Shown here: positions 1 to 11,020 of the stretch, one piece after another
How positions within the stretch are numbered: the stretch's first letter is position 1
Layout of the letters: every line of letters starts with the position of its first letter
NCBI GenBank assembly: GCA_963840855.1
Contig: CAWJBB010000040.1
Coordinates: 32,001-96,000, forward strand
DNA length: 64,000 nucleotides
Direction: 5' to 3'
From: an uncultured delta proteobacterium
Lineage (GTDB): Bacteria > Desulfobacterota > Binatia > UBA9968
Notes under the pieces: generated by a model
Seen by the model: the letters and a program-made list of their open reading frames with translations, nothing else
Told to the model about the DNA's origin: nothing
The model's database searches: none
Program-made: the position numbers and the translations under genes

Positions 1-714
1 ACGCCCAGCGAAAGCTCCAAGATCAAAGCGATGGGCATGGGCACGCTGATCAAACGCTATCTTGTCCGAAAAGGCTTCGACACAGTGGAAGAGGTTCATC
101 TGATCGAGCCCTTGGTCAACCTCCGGCCCTATGTCGCGGTAAGACTGAAAAAACGCAGCGACCAGGAACCCTGGGACGTCATGCAGGGCATTCTCGATTA
201 CGGCGACCGGGTCGGTAAAATGGTCGTTGCGGTAGACGAAGACATCAACGTCAAGGACCCTGTCGCTGTCATCTGGGCGATTACACACCGCTCTCAGCCT
301 CATAAAGATTTCAAGATCGTCGGCGACCGCCCATTCGGCGCCACACCCATCGGCATGCTGGCGACCCACCCGTCGAGCCGCTACGACAACTGCGAGTCAT
401 CGGTCTTGATCGACGCCACGCGCAAAGCCGACTTTCCGCCGTTGTCGCTGCCGAAAAGAGAATTTATGGTGCGCGCCCGGGAGATATGGGAAGAGCTGGG
501 GCTACCGAAGCTACAACCGCAAGAACCGTGGCATGGCTATCTCATGGGATTATGGCCCGACGAGCTCGCCCAGGAAGCCGACCTCGCCGCCCAAAGCGAA
601 CATGAAAAAGTTTGGGAGAAGCTCAGCCAAACCCGCGTTTCGGTGGGCGAAGGCGATACCCTCAAGACCATGCGCGCGCGCTGGGGCAAGACGCATTCGG
701 GCCGATCGGTGTAA
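1..714 (+). CDS. UbiD-family (de)carboxylase, C-terminal part (5' end outside window)
   Basis: Frame open from base 1. UbiD C-terminal motifs VVAVDEDINVKDP..VIWAITHR and VLIDATRK..FPP. Confidence 0.85.
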   Translation, partial: TPSESSKIKAMGMGTLIKRYLVRKGFDTVEEVHLIEPLVNLRPYVAVRLKKRSDQEPWDVMQGILDYGDRVGKMVVAVDEDINVKDPVAVIWAITHRSQPHKDFKIVGDRPFGATPIGMLATHPSSRYDNCESSVLIDATRKADFPPLSLPKREFMVRAREIWEELGLPKLQPQEPWHGYLMGLWPDELAQEADLAAQSEHEKVWEKLSQTRVSVGEGDTLKTMRARWGKTHSGRSV

Positions 715-717
715 ACG

Positions 718-1269
718 ATGAAACGCCCGATCACCCTGCGCGTCAACGGCGAAGAACAACAAGTCGAGATCGAGCCGAACCGGTTGCTGCTGCAAGTTCT
801 GCGCGACAACCTCGGCTTAACCGGCACCAAAGAAGGCTGCAGCATCGGCGTTTGCGGCGCTTGCAGCGTCATCATCGATGGGCGCCTGGTGAGCTCGTGC
901 TTGACCTTGGCCGCCGGCTGCGCCGGCAAGAACATTGAAACCATCGAAGGCCTCGCCAAAGACGGTAAGCTTCATCCCTTACAACAAGCGTTCATCGAGT
1001 ACGGCGGCTTTCAATGCGGCATCTGCACGCCCGGTCAGATCATGGCGGCGAAGGCATTGCTCGACGAGAACCCAAATCCAAGCGAAGATGAAGTCAAGGA
1101 ATGGATGTCGGGCAACCTGTGCCGCTGCACCGGGTATTACAAGATACTCGAAGCCGTCATGGCAGTGGTGGAGAACAAGATCGATGCCAATTTCGCCTTT
1201 CGCAAGCGCGAGCAAACCGCCAAGATCCAAAGCCTGGACGTTTACAAGCCGGTCGCGAAAACGACCTGA
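718..1269 (+). CDS. (2Fe-2S)-binding small subunit, xanthine dehydrogenase/CoxS family
   Basis: GTKEGCSIGVCGACSV, QCGICTPG and GNLCRCTGY motifs. Confidence 0.95.
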   Translation: MKRPITLRVNGEEQQVEIEPNRLLLQVLRDNLGLTGTKEGCSIGVCGACSVIIDGRLVSSCLTLAAGCAGKNIETIEGLAKDGKLHPLQQAFIEYGGFQCGICTPGQIMAAKALLDENPNPSEDEVKEWMSGNLCRCTGYYKILEAVMAVVENKIDANFAFRKREQTAKIQSLDVYKPVAKTT

Positions 1270-1307
1270 TCTTGGGCAAATAGATGCTGCGATGAGCGTA
1301 ATGGAGT

Positions 1308-1394
1308 CCGTCATACCCGCGTAAGCGGGTATCCAGGGCATGACAGCGAGGCAAGGAAACAAACCTGGATTCCGGCTTCCGCCGGAATGACGGG
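1308..1394. repeat. REP/REPIN-like inverted hairpin pair
   Basis: CCGTCATACCCGCGTAAGCGGGTATCCAG ... CTGGATTCCGGCTTCCGCCGGAATGACGG: two palindromes in inverted orientation in the S-L intergenic space. Confidence 0.75.
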
Positions 1395-1478
1395 AGAGAG
1401 AGATTCCGACCTCATACCTAGAAATCACCGTCAATCACGAATGTGCGTCACAGAATGAGATTTTGAGAGATAAGCATC

Positions 1479-3770
1479 ATGGCAAAGGCAGAAAAATTCT
1501 CCGTCGTCGGCCGGCGCGTGCAGCGGGTCGAAGGTTTCGATAAAGTCACCGGCGATTCCAAGTTCATCGCGGATATCTATTTACCGGGAATGCTCGTAGG
1601 CAAGGTTCTGCGCAGCCCCTTTGCCCACGCGCGCATTCGTCACATCGACACCAGCAAAGCCGAAAAGCTCCCCGGCGTGCGCGCCGTGGTGACCGCCGAG
1701 GACACCATCAAACGGCCCTGGGGCGCGTTTTTCGCCGACCAGTATATTCTCTCCGTGGGCAAAGCCCGCTACGTCGGCGAAGAAGTCGCCGCCGTGGCCG
1801 CCATCGATCCGGATATCGCCGAGGAGGCCGTGGATCTGATTGAAGTGGATTGGGAACCGCTGACCGGCGTCTTCGACGCCGAAGAAGCGATGCAAGACGG
1901 CGCGCCGCTGGTGCACGACGACAAGCCCAATAACATCGCCATGACCATGGACATCGAGCGCGGCAACATCGCCCAGGCCTTCGCCGAGTCCGATGTGATC
2001 GTCGAAGACACGTTTCAGAGCATGCCGCAGTGGCATTGCGCCATTGAAACCATCGGCAGCGTCGCCGAGTACGCGCCCAACGGCAAATACACGATCTACA
2101 TGAACACCCAGACGCTGTTTAACGCGCGCTATCGGATTGCCACCGCCCTGGGCGTGCCGGAAACCGACGTGCGCATCATTCAAAGCGCCGTGGGCGGCGG
2201 GTTCGGCGGCAAATCCTGCGACGATAATAACGCCCTGGTCGCCGCGGTTCTGGCGCGCAAAGCGAAAAAGCCGGTCAAGCTCATCAACACCCGTGAAGAA
2301 GAATTCCTTGCCGGCTGCCGGCCGCGGGTTTTTATGAAAATCAACGTCAAGCTCGGTTTTAAAAAAGATGGCCGCATCCGCGCCAAGCACATCAAGGTGA
2401 TCGCCGACAATGGCGCCTATTCGGCCAAAGCGCCGGCCATTACCGGCGTGGCGGCGATGCGCCATGACACCTGCTACAAATATACCGACGTAAAAACCGA
2501 AGCGCTGTTGGTTTACACCAACAAGATTCCCACCGGCGCGTTTCGCGGTTTCGGCAATCCATCCGCGGAGTGGGCGGTGGAGCAAGCGATCGATCTCGGC
2601 GCTCATGAGCTTGGCATTGACCCCATCGAGATCGCCCGCATAAACGCGGCCGAGACCGGCTATGTTTCGCCTCACGGCAACCGCGTCACCAGCTGCGAGC
2701 TAAAGCAGTGTCTCGATATGGCCGAGAAGATGATCGACTGGCAAGCCAAACGCGCCAACAAAGCGCCGGACACGGGGCTCGGCCTGGCATGCACCGTCCA
2801 TGTCAGCGGCAAGCGCCACTTCGGCGACTATGACGGCAGTTCCGCGACGATCAAGTTGAATGAAGACGGCAAAGCCCTCATCCTCAGCGGTGAAGGCGAA
2901 TGCGGCCAGGGCGTGCACACGGCGATGTGCCAGATCGCAGCGGAAGAATTGGGGGTCAGGGTCGAGGACGTAGAGATATCCCGCGCCGATACCGATCTCA
3001 CGACCTTTTGCCTTGGCGCCTTCGCCAGCCGGCTCACCTACGTCAGCGGCAACGCCGTGAAAAACGCCGCCGCCAATGTGAAGCAGCAACTGTTCGAGCA
3101 AGCCTCTGAGATGTTGGAGGCCAACTCCGAAGATTTAGTCGCCGGCGATGGGCGTATTTTCGTCAAGGGCGCCGAGGGCAAATCGGTCACCGTCGCCGAC
3201 GTGGCGCGGGCGCGGCTATTTCGCCACAACGGCGCGCCCATCGTCGGCTCGGGAAGTTTCGACGCCGACTCGGTGTTGCCGGATAGCACCCGCTTCGGCA
3301 ACGAATCGGGCGCCTATAACTATGGCGTTCAGGCCGCCCATGTTCACGTCGACCGCCAGACCGGACAGGTCAAAGTGCTCAAGTTCGTCATCGCGTCGGA
3401 CTGCGGCACGGTGATTTATCCCATTGGCGCGGAAGGCCAGGTCGAAGGCGGTTTCGCGCAGGGTATCGGTTATGCTCTCACGGAGGGGCTGCAATTCGAC
3501 GAAGGCCGGCCGGTGAATCCCAACTTTTCCGACTACCGCATTCCATCGATGCGCGACATGCCGCCCCTCGAGCATGCCTTCGCGGATTCCTATGAGCCGA
3601 CGGGACCATTCGGCGCCAAGGGTCTGGGCGAGTTGAACATGGACCCCACCGCCGCCGTGATCAGCAACGCGATCTTCGATGCGGTGGGCGTGCGAATAAA
3701 AACCTTGCCGATTACGCCTGAAAAAATTCTCAAGGCGCTGCGGGAACAAGAAAAGGAACGTAAGCAGTAA
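1479..3770 (+). CDS. Xanthine dehydrogenase-family molybdopterin-binding large subunit
   Basis: 763 aa. RSPFAHARI, GGGFGGK, AFRGFG, GQVEGG..QGIG and GPFGAKGLGE motifs. Confidence 0.95.
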   Translation: MAKAEKFSVVGRRVQRVEGFDKVTGDSKFIADIYLPGMLVGKVLRSPFAHARIRHIDTSKAEKLPGVRAVVTAEDTIKRPWGAFFADQYILSVGKARYVGEEVAAVAAIDPDIAEEAVDLIEVDWEPLTGVFDAEEAMQDGAPLVHDDKPNNIAMTMDIERGNIAQAFAESDVIVEDTFQSMPQWHCAIETIGSVAEYAPNGKYTIYMNTQTLFNARYRIATALGVPETDVRIIQSAVGGGFGGKSCDDNNALVAAVLARKAKKPVKLINTREEEFLAGCRPRVFMKINVKLGFKKDGRIRAKHIKVIADNGAYSAKAPAITGVAAMRHDTCYKYTDVKTEALLVYTNKIPTGAFRGFGNPSAEWAVEQAIDLGAHELGIDPIEIARINAAETGYVSPHGNRVTSCELKQCLDMAEKMIDWQAKRANKAPDTGLGLACTVHVSGKRHFGDYDGSSATIKLNEDGKALILSGEGECGQGVHTAMCQIAAEELGVRVEDVEISRADTDLTTFCLGAFASRLTYVSGNAVKNAAANVKQQLFEQASEMLEANSEDLVAGDGRIFVKGAEGKSVTVADVARARLFRHNGAPIVGSGSFDADSVLPDSTRFGNESGAYNYGVQAAHVHVDRQTGQVKVLKFVIASDCGTVIYPIGAEGQVEGGFAQGIGYALTEGLQFDEGRPVNPNFSDYRIPSMRDMPPLEHAFADSYEPTGPFGAKGLGELNMDPTAAVISNAIFDAVGVRIKTLPITPEKILKALREQEKERKQ

Positions 3771-3838
3771 GCGGTAACCAGGAAGCCGTTGGGATGACGC
3801 CTGCTGCTCACTGCTCACCGCTCACTTTGTACTAGAAA

Positions 3839-4699
3839 ATGATCAAGTTTGATTATTTACAACCCAAGACGCTGAAAAGCGCTCTCGGCCTCTTGGAGAA
3901 ACATGGCGATGAGGCGCGCGCCATCGCCGGCGGAACATCCTTGCTGATCATGATGCGCCAACGCTTGCTGATGCCGAAGGTCGTCGTAAGCCTCGCCGAT
4001 ATTCCGAAATTCGACCGCATTACCTACAGCGCGAAGAATGGCCTCACCATCGGCGCCGGGGCGCGCCATCGCGACATCGAGCTTTCGCCGGTCATCAAAC
4101 AGCACTATCCCCTGCTGCACGAAACCTTTCACAAGGTCGCCCAGCCGCGTATCCGCAATATGGGCACCATCGGAGGCAATCTCGCCGCCGGCGATCCGTT
4201 GACCGATCCCGGCGCAAGCCTGATCGCCCTGGATGCCGAGGTCGTGCTGGCGAGCCGAACCGGACAACGGGTCCTCAAACTGGACGAATTTTTCGTCGAT
4301 TATTATCAAACCGCCCTCAATTCCGGCGAACTCTTATCCGAGATTCGCGTGCCGCCGCCCAACCGTCCGCTTTGGGCGCATATCAAATTCACGCCGCGCA
4401 GCGTTGAAGATTTCGCCACCGTTGGCGTGGCCTTGACGATGCGCTTGAAGAACGGCGTCTGCGACGATATCCGTCTCGGTCTCAATTCCGTCGCATCGAC
4501 CATCGTCCACGCCGCCCGTGCCGAAAATATTCTGCGCGGCCAGGAAATCACCGATGGCAAGCTCCAGGAGATGGGTGACGTGGCGGCCACGGAAGTCGAT
4601 CCCATGGACGACAACCGCGGCTCGGCAGACTACAAGCGCGAAATGGTCAAAGTGCTGGTGCCGCGCGCCGCGCAAGAGGCGCTTCAGCGTGCTGGGTAG
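3839..4699 (+). CDS. FAD-binding medium subunit (CoxM family)
   Basis: AIAGGTSL, IRNMGTIGGNL, RGSADYKR. No [4Fe-4S] insertion. Confidence 0.93.
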   Translation: MIKFDYLQPKTLKSALGLLEKHGDEARAIAGGTSLLIMMRQRLLMPKVVVSLADIPKFDRITYSAKNGLTIGAGARHRDIELSPVIKQHYPLLHETFHKVAQPRIRNMGTIGGNLAAGDPLTDPGASLIALDAEVVLASRTGQRVLKLDEFFVDYYQTALNSGELLSEIRVPPPNRPLWAHIKFTPRSVEDFATVGVALTMRLKNGVCDDIRLGLNSVASTIVHAARAENILRGQEITDGKLQEMGDVAATEVDPMDDNRGSADYKREMVKVLVPRAAQEALQRAG

Positions 4700-4704
4700 T
4701 GGGT

Positions 4705-4850
4705 TTAATGTTCAACGTTCAAGGTTCGATGGCTTCGCCTGTTCAATGTTCTAAAGTTCAAGGTGGGGATGGGTCGTTGAACCTTGAACCCGGAACCTTG
4801 AACCGTGCCGGATCCGACACGTTGAACTTTGAACATTGAACCTTGAACTG
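4705..4850. repeat. GTTCAAN heptamer tandem array and its inverse (TTGAACC), forming a long imperfect hairpin
   Basis: gttcaac gttcaag ... ttgaacc ttgaacc, directly after the operon end. Confidence 0.7.
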
Positions 4851-5078
4851 GCATGTAAAACCTGATGAAGCGGACTGCAGCCCCGCTCGACGCTGTGCGG
4901 TCATTCGCCCAAGAATTTTTTGAGCCGTTGGACAAAACTGACTGCCCTCGGCTAGCCTCGGCCGACACTAGCCGAGAGCGCTACGATGGAATGATGGAAA
5001 AGCAAATGCGCGCCGAGCGCGAGAAGCAGTTCTCTCGCTTCTCGTGAATACACCCCTCGCGCCACGTAAAGCCAAACC

Positions 5079-6338
5079 GTGACTCCACCTTTCTTTTACG
5101 GCTGGGTCATTGTCGGCATTGCCATGCTCGCCGGCTTTCTGGGATCGGGCGTGAGCAACGTCACCATGGCGGTCGCTCTCAAACCCATCACCGAGGATCT
5201 TGGCTGGAGCCGCACACTCACTTCGTCGGCGATAACCATCGGATCAGTGGCGGGCGGCCTTTTGGCGCCTGTGGTTGGTCCGCTCGCCGATCGGCTGGGA
5301 CCGCGCATCCTCCTTCCATTCGGAGCCGCTCTAGTCGGCACCTTCGTTATGTGTCTCAGCCTGACGTACGAGCCCTGGCAATTTTACGCCACCTTTGTCC
5401 CCGGGCGAGCGCTGGCTGAAACGCTGCTTACCGGTGTGGTGCCCATGACTGCGGTAACCAACTGGTTTTATTTGAAACGCCCCAGGGCTATCGGTCTGGT
5501 TGCGTTGTCAGTGCCGTTGGGCTCCTTCGTATTGTCTCTGGTCTACCAGTTCATGATCGCAGCCTACGGATGGCGTAGCGCCTTTATGTTGCTTGGCATT
5601 GCTCTTTGGCTATTTGTCGTTGTGCCCGGCCTTTTCCTTTTACGCCGGCAGCCGGAAGATCTGGGGATGCTGCCCGATGGCGCCTCGCCGGCGGCTCAAA
5701 AATCAAAGCAAGACGATCCAGGAACGGAGCGCGCGACGGCAGCCGCCGAGCAAAGCTGGAGCTTGAAGGACGCACTGCGCACCCGGACCCTGTGGCTACT
5801 GATCGCCGCTTCGACGTTCTATTCAATTTCTACCGGGGGCATTGCCTTTCACATGGTGGCGTATTTTACGGACATGAAAATTCAGCCCGCAGTTGCCGTG
5901 GCGGCGCTAAGCGTAATGGCATTAACCGGGGCATTCGGCAGCGGCTTGTGGGGATCTCTGGCGGAAAAAATTCATCCGCGCGCCCTGGGCGTGATCACGA
6001 TGCTGCTCTCGGCGGCGGCCCTGGTGCTGCTGACCCAAGTGCGAGTCGCGGCCGCGGCGTTTGTCTTCGCGATTGTTTTCGGACTGAGCGCGCGCGGTGG
6101 TTTTGTTCTGATGCATATTCTATTGGCCCGCTACTTTGGACGGCGCTCCTTCGGCGCGATCACTAGCGCTCTTGAGCCTTTTCACAAGGGCGGCCTGGGA
6201 CTGGGAGCTCTGTTAGCAGGCATGGCTTTTGATCTAAGCGGTAGCTATCAGATGGTTTTTTTGCTTTTCATCGGGAACTATCTGATTGCCGCCACGCTTA
6301 CGCTCGTGGCTCGCCGACCGCTACTGGCGCCGCGCTGA
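5079..6338 (+). CDS. MFS transporter
   Basis: FFYGWVIV N-terminus, GPLADRLGPR motif A, about 12 hydrophobic segments. Confidence 0.9.
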   Translation: MTPPFFYGWVIVGIAMLAGFLGSGVSNVTMAVALKPITEDLGWSRTLTSSAITIGSVAGGLLAPVVGPLADRLGPRILLPFGAALVGTFVMCLSLTYEPWQFYATFVPGRALAETLLTGVVPMTAVTNWFYLKRPRAIGLVALSVPLGSFVLSLVYQFMIAAYGWRSAFMLLGIALWLFVVVPGLFLLRRQPEDLGMLPDGASPAAQKSKQDDPGTERATAAAEQSWSLKDALRTRTLWLLIAASTFYSISTGGIAFHMVAYFTDMKIQPAVAVAALSVMALTGAFGSGLWGSLAEKIHPRALGVITMLLSAAALVLLTQVRVAAAAFVFAIVFGLSARGGFVLMHILLARYFGRRSFGAITSALEPFHKGGLGLGALLAGMAFDLSGSYQMVFLLFIGNYLIAATLTLVARRPLLAPR

Positions 6339-6477
6339 ACGGCAGCGAGCTGATCGTTGCCGGTATATGATCGCGCTAACGCCCAACGCGGCGAAAGCTT
6401 GCTCGGGCTTTCTCATCTGGATGATCTGTCGAACAAGGGTTTATAGGAACCGGACTCAGCGCCGGACAGAATTCTTT

Positions 6478-7617
6478 TTACTTTCCCGCGCGCGGAAAGC
6501 CGTAAGCTTCCACTACTTTTGTGAGATATTCCTGAGTGTTCGTATAGTGATTCCAATCGACTAGCGATAGTTTCTTGCCGCGCACGGCCTGCTCCTGGAC
6601 CGTTCCCCGGACAAACAGCGAGCCTTCGTAGGGCCCGTGATCATCCAATATCTTTTGCCCCTCGGGAGAGGCCACGAACTCCAACAATAGAAGTCCGGCG
6701 TAGGGATGCTCGGCTGAGTTCAAGACACTCCACGACTCGTTGAGGCGCGCGGGGACCGGCTCCAAAAGCTTATAACCCAGAGTGTCGATCTTGTCTTTGC
6801 TTTTGGCTCTTAGATAGGAATCGTAGTTAACACCGAAGGCAATGGCATGCTCGCCGGCGAGCACACGGATGATCAGAGCGGTATGACCCCGGCCCCATAC
6901 CGGTTTCTGGGCGGCGAGCTTGCGGGCAAAATCGAGCGCTTTTTCAAGACCCCACGCTGGAACAAGGGCTGAAATGTTAATGGGACGAATATCGAGGACG
7001 AATTTCCGGTCTCTAAATTCCGGTTTGAGAAAGTCCTCCCAAGTGTTGGGCACTTTTTCCGCGGAGGTAAGCTTCTTATTGTAGACGACCACCTGTATCG
7101 AGCTTCCGATAACGACGATGTTGCGGTTGATCGGGTCCACCATTTGAACAGGAATCTCAAGCACCTTTTGCTCGGCCATCCCCAAGACGTCGAACTTTTT
7201 TTGATAAGGGAGATAGTCGTTGTAATAGTCGGAGATCGGGTCGTTTACGTCCACGCCTTTAGTCAAGCCCGCCTTCAGCTCTTGAAGCAACCGTAGATAA
7301 ACCTCTCCGGTCGGCACACTCTCGGCGCGGGTCTCGATGAAAGGGTACTTTTTGCTGAAGGCGGCGAGCATATGCTTCAGCGGATCCTCGGTCAGAGAGA
7401 CCACCGCGCGCAACTTGCCTTCCTGCTTCGCCCTGCTGACGATCTCATCGTGGCTGGGAACAAAGATGTACCCTTTGGCCTCGGCTTCCTGTTTGGCTTT
7501 GACCAGCGCGGCACTGGCCGATGCGCCGAGAGCGCTCGAGGGGACGATTGCAGCCGGGGCGATGACAATGAGAGAGACAAGGGACGATGAGCAAAACATC
7601 ATCAAACGTCGCTTCAT
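6478..7617 (-). CDS. ABC transporter substrate-binding protein (Fe/thiamine-like cluster)
   Basis: Signal peptide MKRRLMMF.., then AKQEGKL, YNKKL..PNTWEDFL, SPEGQKIL. Start placed at ATG 7617. Confidence 0.8.
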   Translation of the reverse strand: MKRRLMMFCSSSLVSLIVIAPAAIVPSSALGASASAALVKAKQEAEAKGYIFVPSHDEIVSRAKQEGKLRAVVSLTEDPLKHMLAAFSKKYPFIETRAESVPTGEVYLRLLQELKAGLTKGVDVNDPISDYYNDYLPYQKKFDVLGMAEQKVLEIPVQMVDPINRNIVVIGSSIQVVVYNKKLTSAEKVPNTWEDFLKPEFRDRKFVLDIRPINISALVPAWGLEKALDFARKLAAQKPVWGRGHTALIIRVLAGEHAIAFGVNYDSYLRAKSKDKIDTLGYKLLEPVPARLNESWSVLNSAEHPYAGLLLLEFVASPEGQKILDDHGPYEGSLFVRGTVQEQAVRGKKLSLVDWNHYTNTQEYLTKVVEAYGFPRAGK

Positions 7618-7862
7618 GATGTAACCTCTATCTTTCCTCTTTGCGTCAGACTCTCGCGTCTTGCCAGGTGGAGTTGCGACGTAGCCGATTGCCCAGCTAG
7701 CAGGTTGCTGAAGGAAGAGCCCATATCGCCTCGTTTTAATCATACGGTAAATACCTTGGGGAAGACTATATGCACCACCGAAATCCTGTCAACAAAAAAT
7801 GATTCAGCCAAAGTCACGGCTGCGCGTTGCGTTCGAAGTCAGAACGTATCCGAACGTATGGT

Positions 7863-7937
7863 CACGTCGTGCAGCGGGGCGTGCGCAGGGTGGATGATGT
7901 TTTCCTCTCGGCTGATGACAGCCAAGAGTATCTCAAT
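7863..7937 (+). pseudogene. RAYT (Y1 HUH transposase) N-terminal stub
   Basis: Translates HVVQRGVRRVDDVFLSADDSQEYLN, cf. HVMNRGAARQATFASDADHQAFL in the intact RAYT at 47733. Confidence 0.55.
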
Positions 7938-8018
7938 CGGCGGGCCACAGAACAGGGTTGCAAGAGCAGTCCGGGCTAGCGATTCGAAGCGAATCGTCGT
8001 AGGATCCAGGAAATCGAT

Positions 8019-8360
8019 ATGAAGATTGCCTATCTGGTTGCGATAGTCCTCATGGTCTGCGCGTGCTCCGCCAACAGCGTCCGGTCCGGGGCGGAACTCG
8101 TCCGGGTAACTAACAGAGAGCCCGGCCGGGAATGCAAATTTTTGGGCGATGTGACTGGTAGTCAAGGCAATCGTTTCACGGGAGGTTTTACCTCGGACGC
8201 GAACCTCGAGACTGGGGCTCGCAACGACCTCAAGAACAAGGCGTTCCAACTCGGCGGCAACGTCGTCTATGTTCTGACTCAACGGGAGAGCCAGACGGGC
8301 AACTCGCGAGATCGGAAGAATGTGACTCTCAGCGGCAATGTGTATCGGTGTCTTGACTAG
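8019..8360 (+). CDS. DUF4156-like lipoprotein
   Basis: Lipobox VCAC, then CKFLGDVTG, GARNDLKNKAFQLGGNVV, GNVYRC. Confidence 0.75.
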   Translation: MKIAYLVAIVLMVCACSANSVRSGAELVRVTNREPGRECKFLGDVTGSQGNRFTGGFTSDANLETGARNDLKNKAFQLGGNVVYVLTQRESQTGNSRDRKNVTLSGNVYRCLD

Positions 8361-8515
8361 CCACAAGCTCCTCAAAGAGGTTTGCGCCGGAAAGCACGCA
8401 GGAATATGAGTTCACTGCGCCGCGATAGCCATGAAAAAAAAGGGGGACGGAGTGGAGCAGTGACGAACAATAGACCTGAAACCGGCCCGGAACGCGTTCT
8501 TCCCCCGTCCACATA

Positions 8516-8977
8516 GTGATCGAAATCAACGAGCGTGTAGAGGTGCCAGCGGCGCCGCGGATCGTGTGGGACGTGCTGTCGGACCCGCGCGCCGTGGTCG
8601 ACTGCGTGCCTGGGGTGAAACTGGGCGACCGGCTGGAGGACGGCTCGTACGATGCGACCCTGACGGTGAAGTTCGGACCGGCCAAAGTGACTTTTCGCGC
8701 CAAGGTCGCGCTGGAGCTGGATGGCACAGCGATGATCGGGCACGTATCCGCGCGCGGCAGGGACGATCAGGGCGGTACGCGGGTGAAAACGGCGATGACC
8801 TTCAAGGTCGTGGCGGGGCAGGCACCGGGCTCGTCGGCCGTTCCCATCGACGCGCAGGTCGAGATTTCCGGCCGGCTCGCCTCGCTGGTGGAGTCCGGCG
8901 CCGCGCTGGTGGTCAAGCGCATGACGGGCGAATTCACGGAGCGCCTCGCCGCGCGCTGCGCCAAAGCAAGCGCGTAG
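8516..8977 (+). CDS. SRPBCC/CoxG-family protein
   Basis: VWDVLSDP..VVDCVPG, VKFGP, ISGRLA..G pattern. Confidence 0.85.
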   Translation: MIEINERVEVPAAPRIVWDVLSDPRAVVDCVPGVKLGDRLEDGSYDATLTVKFGPAKVTFRAKVALELDGTAMIGHVSARGRDDQGGTRVKTAMTFKVVAGQAPGSSAVPIDAQVEISGRLASLVESGAALVVKRMTGEFTERLAARCAKASA

Positions 8978-9044
8978 AACGCTCCGCGATCAACGCGCAT
9001 CCTGCATCACCCATTACTTATCGTGTGGGTAAAGGAGAGAAAGA

Positions 9045-10701
9045 ATGAAGGTGTACCAGAGGCTCGCCGCCGATTTCGTCGCCGAAGGCGTCACCTACAT
9101 CTTCGGCATCATGGGCGACGGCAACATGTACTGGATGCACGAGCTGGACAAGCTCGGCGGCGTCAAGATGCTCGAAGTGCGCCATGAGGGCGCCGGGCTC
9201 GGCATGGCCGACGGCTGGGCGCGCGTGACGCGCACCCCGGGCGTTGCCACCACGACCTGTGGGCCGGGCGTCTCGCAGCTTGCCACCGCGCTGCTCACCG
9301 CCAGCCGCGCCGCGTCGCCGCTGGTCGCATTCTGCGGCGAATTCCCCTCCAATGACGACGAGTACCTCCAACGCATGGACCAGGCGGCATTCGCCGCCAG
9401 CTGCGAGACCGGCTTCATCCGCATCACGTCCCCGGAGGTGGCGGACGACTGCGTGCGCAAGGCATTTTACCTCGCCAAGCTCGAGTCCCGCCCGATCATG
9501 CTGAGCGCGCCGATGGACGTCCAGCAGATGGCGTTCGAGGACGACGACGAGCCGTACAAGCCGTCCTCCACGGTGCTCCCGAAGCGGGTGGTCCATCCGG
9601 ATCCCGCAGAGATCGAAAAAGCCGCCGACATCATCGCCGGGGCGAAACATCCGGTAGTCCTCGTTGGGCGGGGCGCGAAGTGGTCGGGCGCCGGCGACGC
9701 CGTGAAGAAGCTCTCCGGGCGCATCGGCGCGCTGATCGCCACGTCGCTGATGGCGAAGGGCTGGCTCGGCGAAGACGAATTTCACGCCGGCATCTCTGGG
9801 ACCTACGGCACGCGTGCCTCGATGAAGCTGTTCGAGGAAGCCGACTGCGTCATCGCCGTCGGCGCCAGCATGGGGCGTTACACCACCGAGCACGGCTACC
9901 TCTACCCCAATGCGCGCTTCGTCCACCTCGACTCCAAGCCGCACCTTGTGATGAGCGGGGGCCGTTCCGCCGACTGCTACGTGCAGACGGACGCAAAAGC
10001 CGGCGTGGAAGCGCTGGAGAACGCGCTCGCGAAGCGCTCTGTCAAAATGACCGGGTTTCGCACCGGGGAAGTGAAGCAGCAGCTCGCCGCCCAGCATGTG
10101 GACCGCACGGAATTCCCGATCGAGCCGGGCGCCGTGGATCCGCGGGAGATCTGCCTGGCGCTGGACGAGATGCTGCCCCCCGAAATAGGCGTGGTCACCG
10201 GCAGCGGCGCCACCGCGGGTTTCTCGAACATGCTGTTCAACAAGCCGCGCTCGCTTGGTGCTGCCCGGGCATTTCTTCGGCTGCATCGGGCAGATGCTGC
10301 CGGCGGCGATGGGGGCGGTCGCGGCGAGCGGCAACAAGCCGCACGTGCTGTGTGACGGCGATGCGAGCGTGATGATGCACGTCGGGGAGTTCGAGACGGC
10401 GGTGCGCTACGGCATGCCGCTGATGGTGGTGTGCCTGAACAACCAGGCGCTGGGCTCGGAGTACTACAAGTTCGACGCGCACAAGATGAAAGCCGACCTC
10501 GCGACCGTCGCGTCGCCGGACCTGGGCGCCGTTGGCAAGGCCTTCGGTGGCAGGGGCCGGCTTGTGCGCAGCGTGGATGAGCTCCGCTCCGCGACCAGGG
10601 AATTTCTGGAGAATCCCGCACCGACGATGCTCGACGTCCGGATTTCCCGCAGCGTGATCACCCTGCCCTACCGGCGCATCCACTACGGCCGGGACGAGTG
10701 A
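9045..10701 (+). pseudogene. Thiamine pyrophosphate-binding protein (acetolactate synthase-like), frameshifted near 10255
   Basis: EVRHEGAGLGMADG and TCGPG in ORF 9045. The GDAS...NN TPP motif is in the overlapping frame 10255-10701. May be a sequencing error. Confidence 0.8.
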
Positions 10702-10848
10702 CGAGGGACGAGTGTCGAGGGTCGAGTGACGAGTGATAAGAGTAGCCGTCGGTCAAAAAACAACGCGCCCCGGGGATTTTTGTCCGCGAGGGCGTCAACC
10801 CGCAACGAAAGGGAGTTCGACCGGCGCGGTCGGTGTTGCCTAGTAGGT

Positions 10849-10935
10849 GCTTAGGTTTCGAAGCTGGGCTAACTCACTCGTCGCGGGACAATTCATCTGC
10901 GTTCCGAGCCGGCGCATGAAAAGCAATTTCGTATC
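10849..10935 (+). mobile_element. IS91-like (subtype B) terminal segment ending in oriIS-like AAAAGCAATTTCGTATC
   Basis: About 87 bp closely similar to 23415-23502, which ends the IS91 remnant starting at 21046. Confidence 0.6.
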
Positions 10936-11020
10936 GTCAGATTACCGATGCAGCCAAGGGGTTTTTAATTCGTCACGTGGTGGGCGAAGCTGTTGTCAAT
11001 CAACGTGCGCAACAGGGAAG

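Noticed and set aside
718-4699. Aerobic CO dehydrogenase or 4-hydroxybenzoyl-CoA reductase
   Set aside because: The large subunit has AFRGFG rather than AYxCSFR, and the FAD subunit lacks the HcrB [4Fe-4S] insertion.
4865-5047. 60-aa ORF with an SPFH-like MEKQMRAERE stretch
   Set aside because: The match is only about 10 residues, too short to call.
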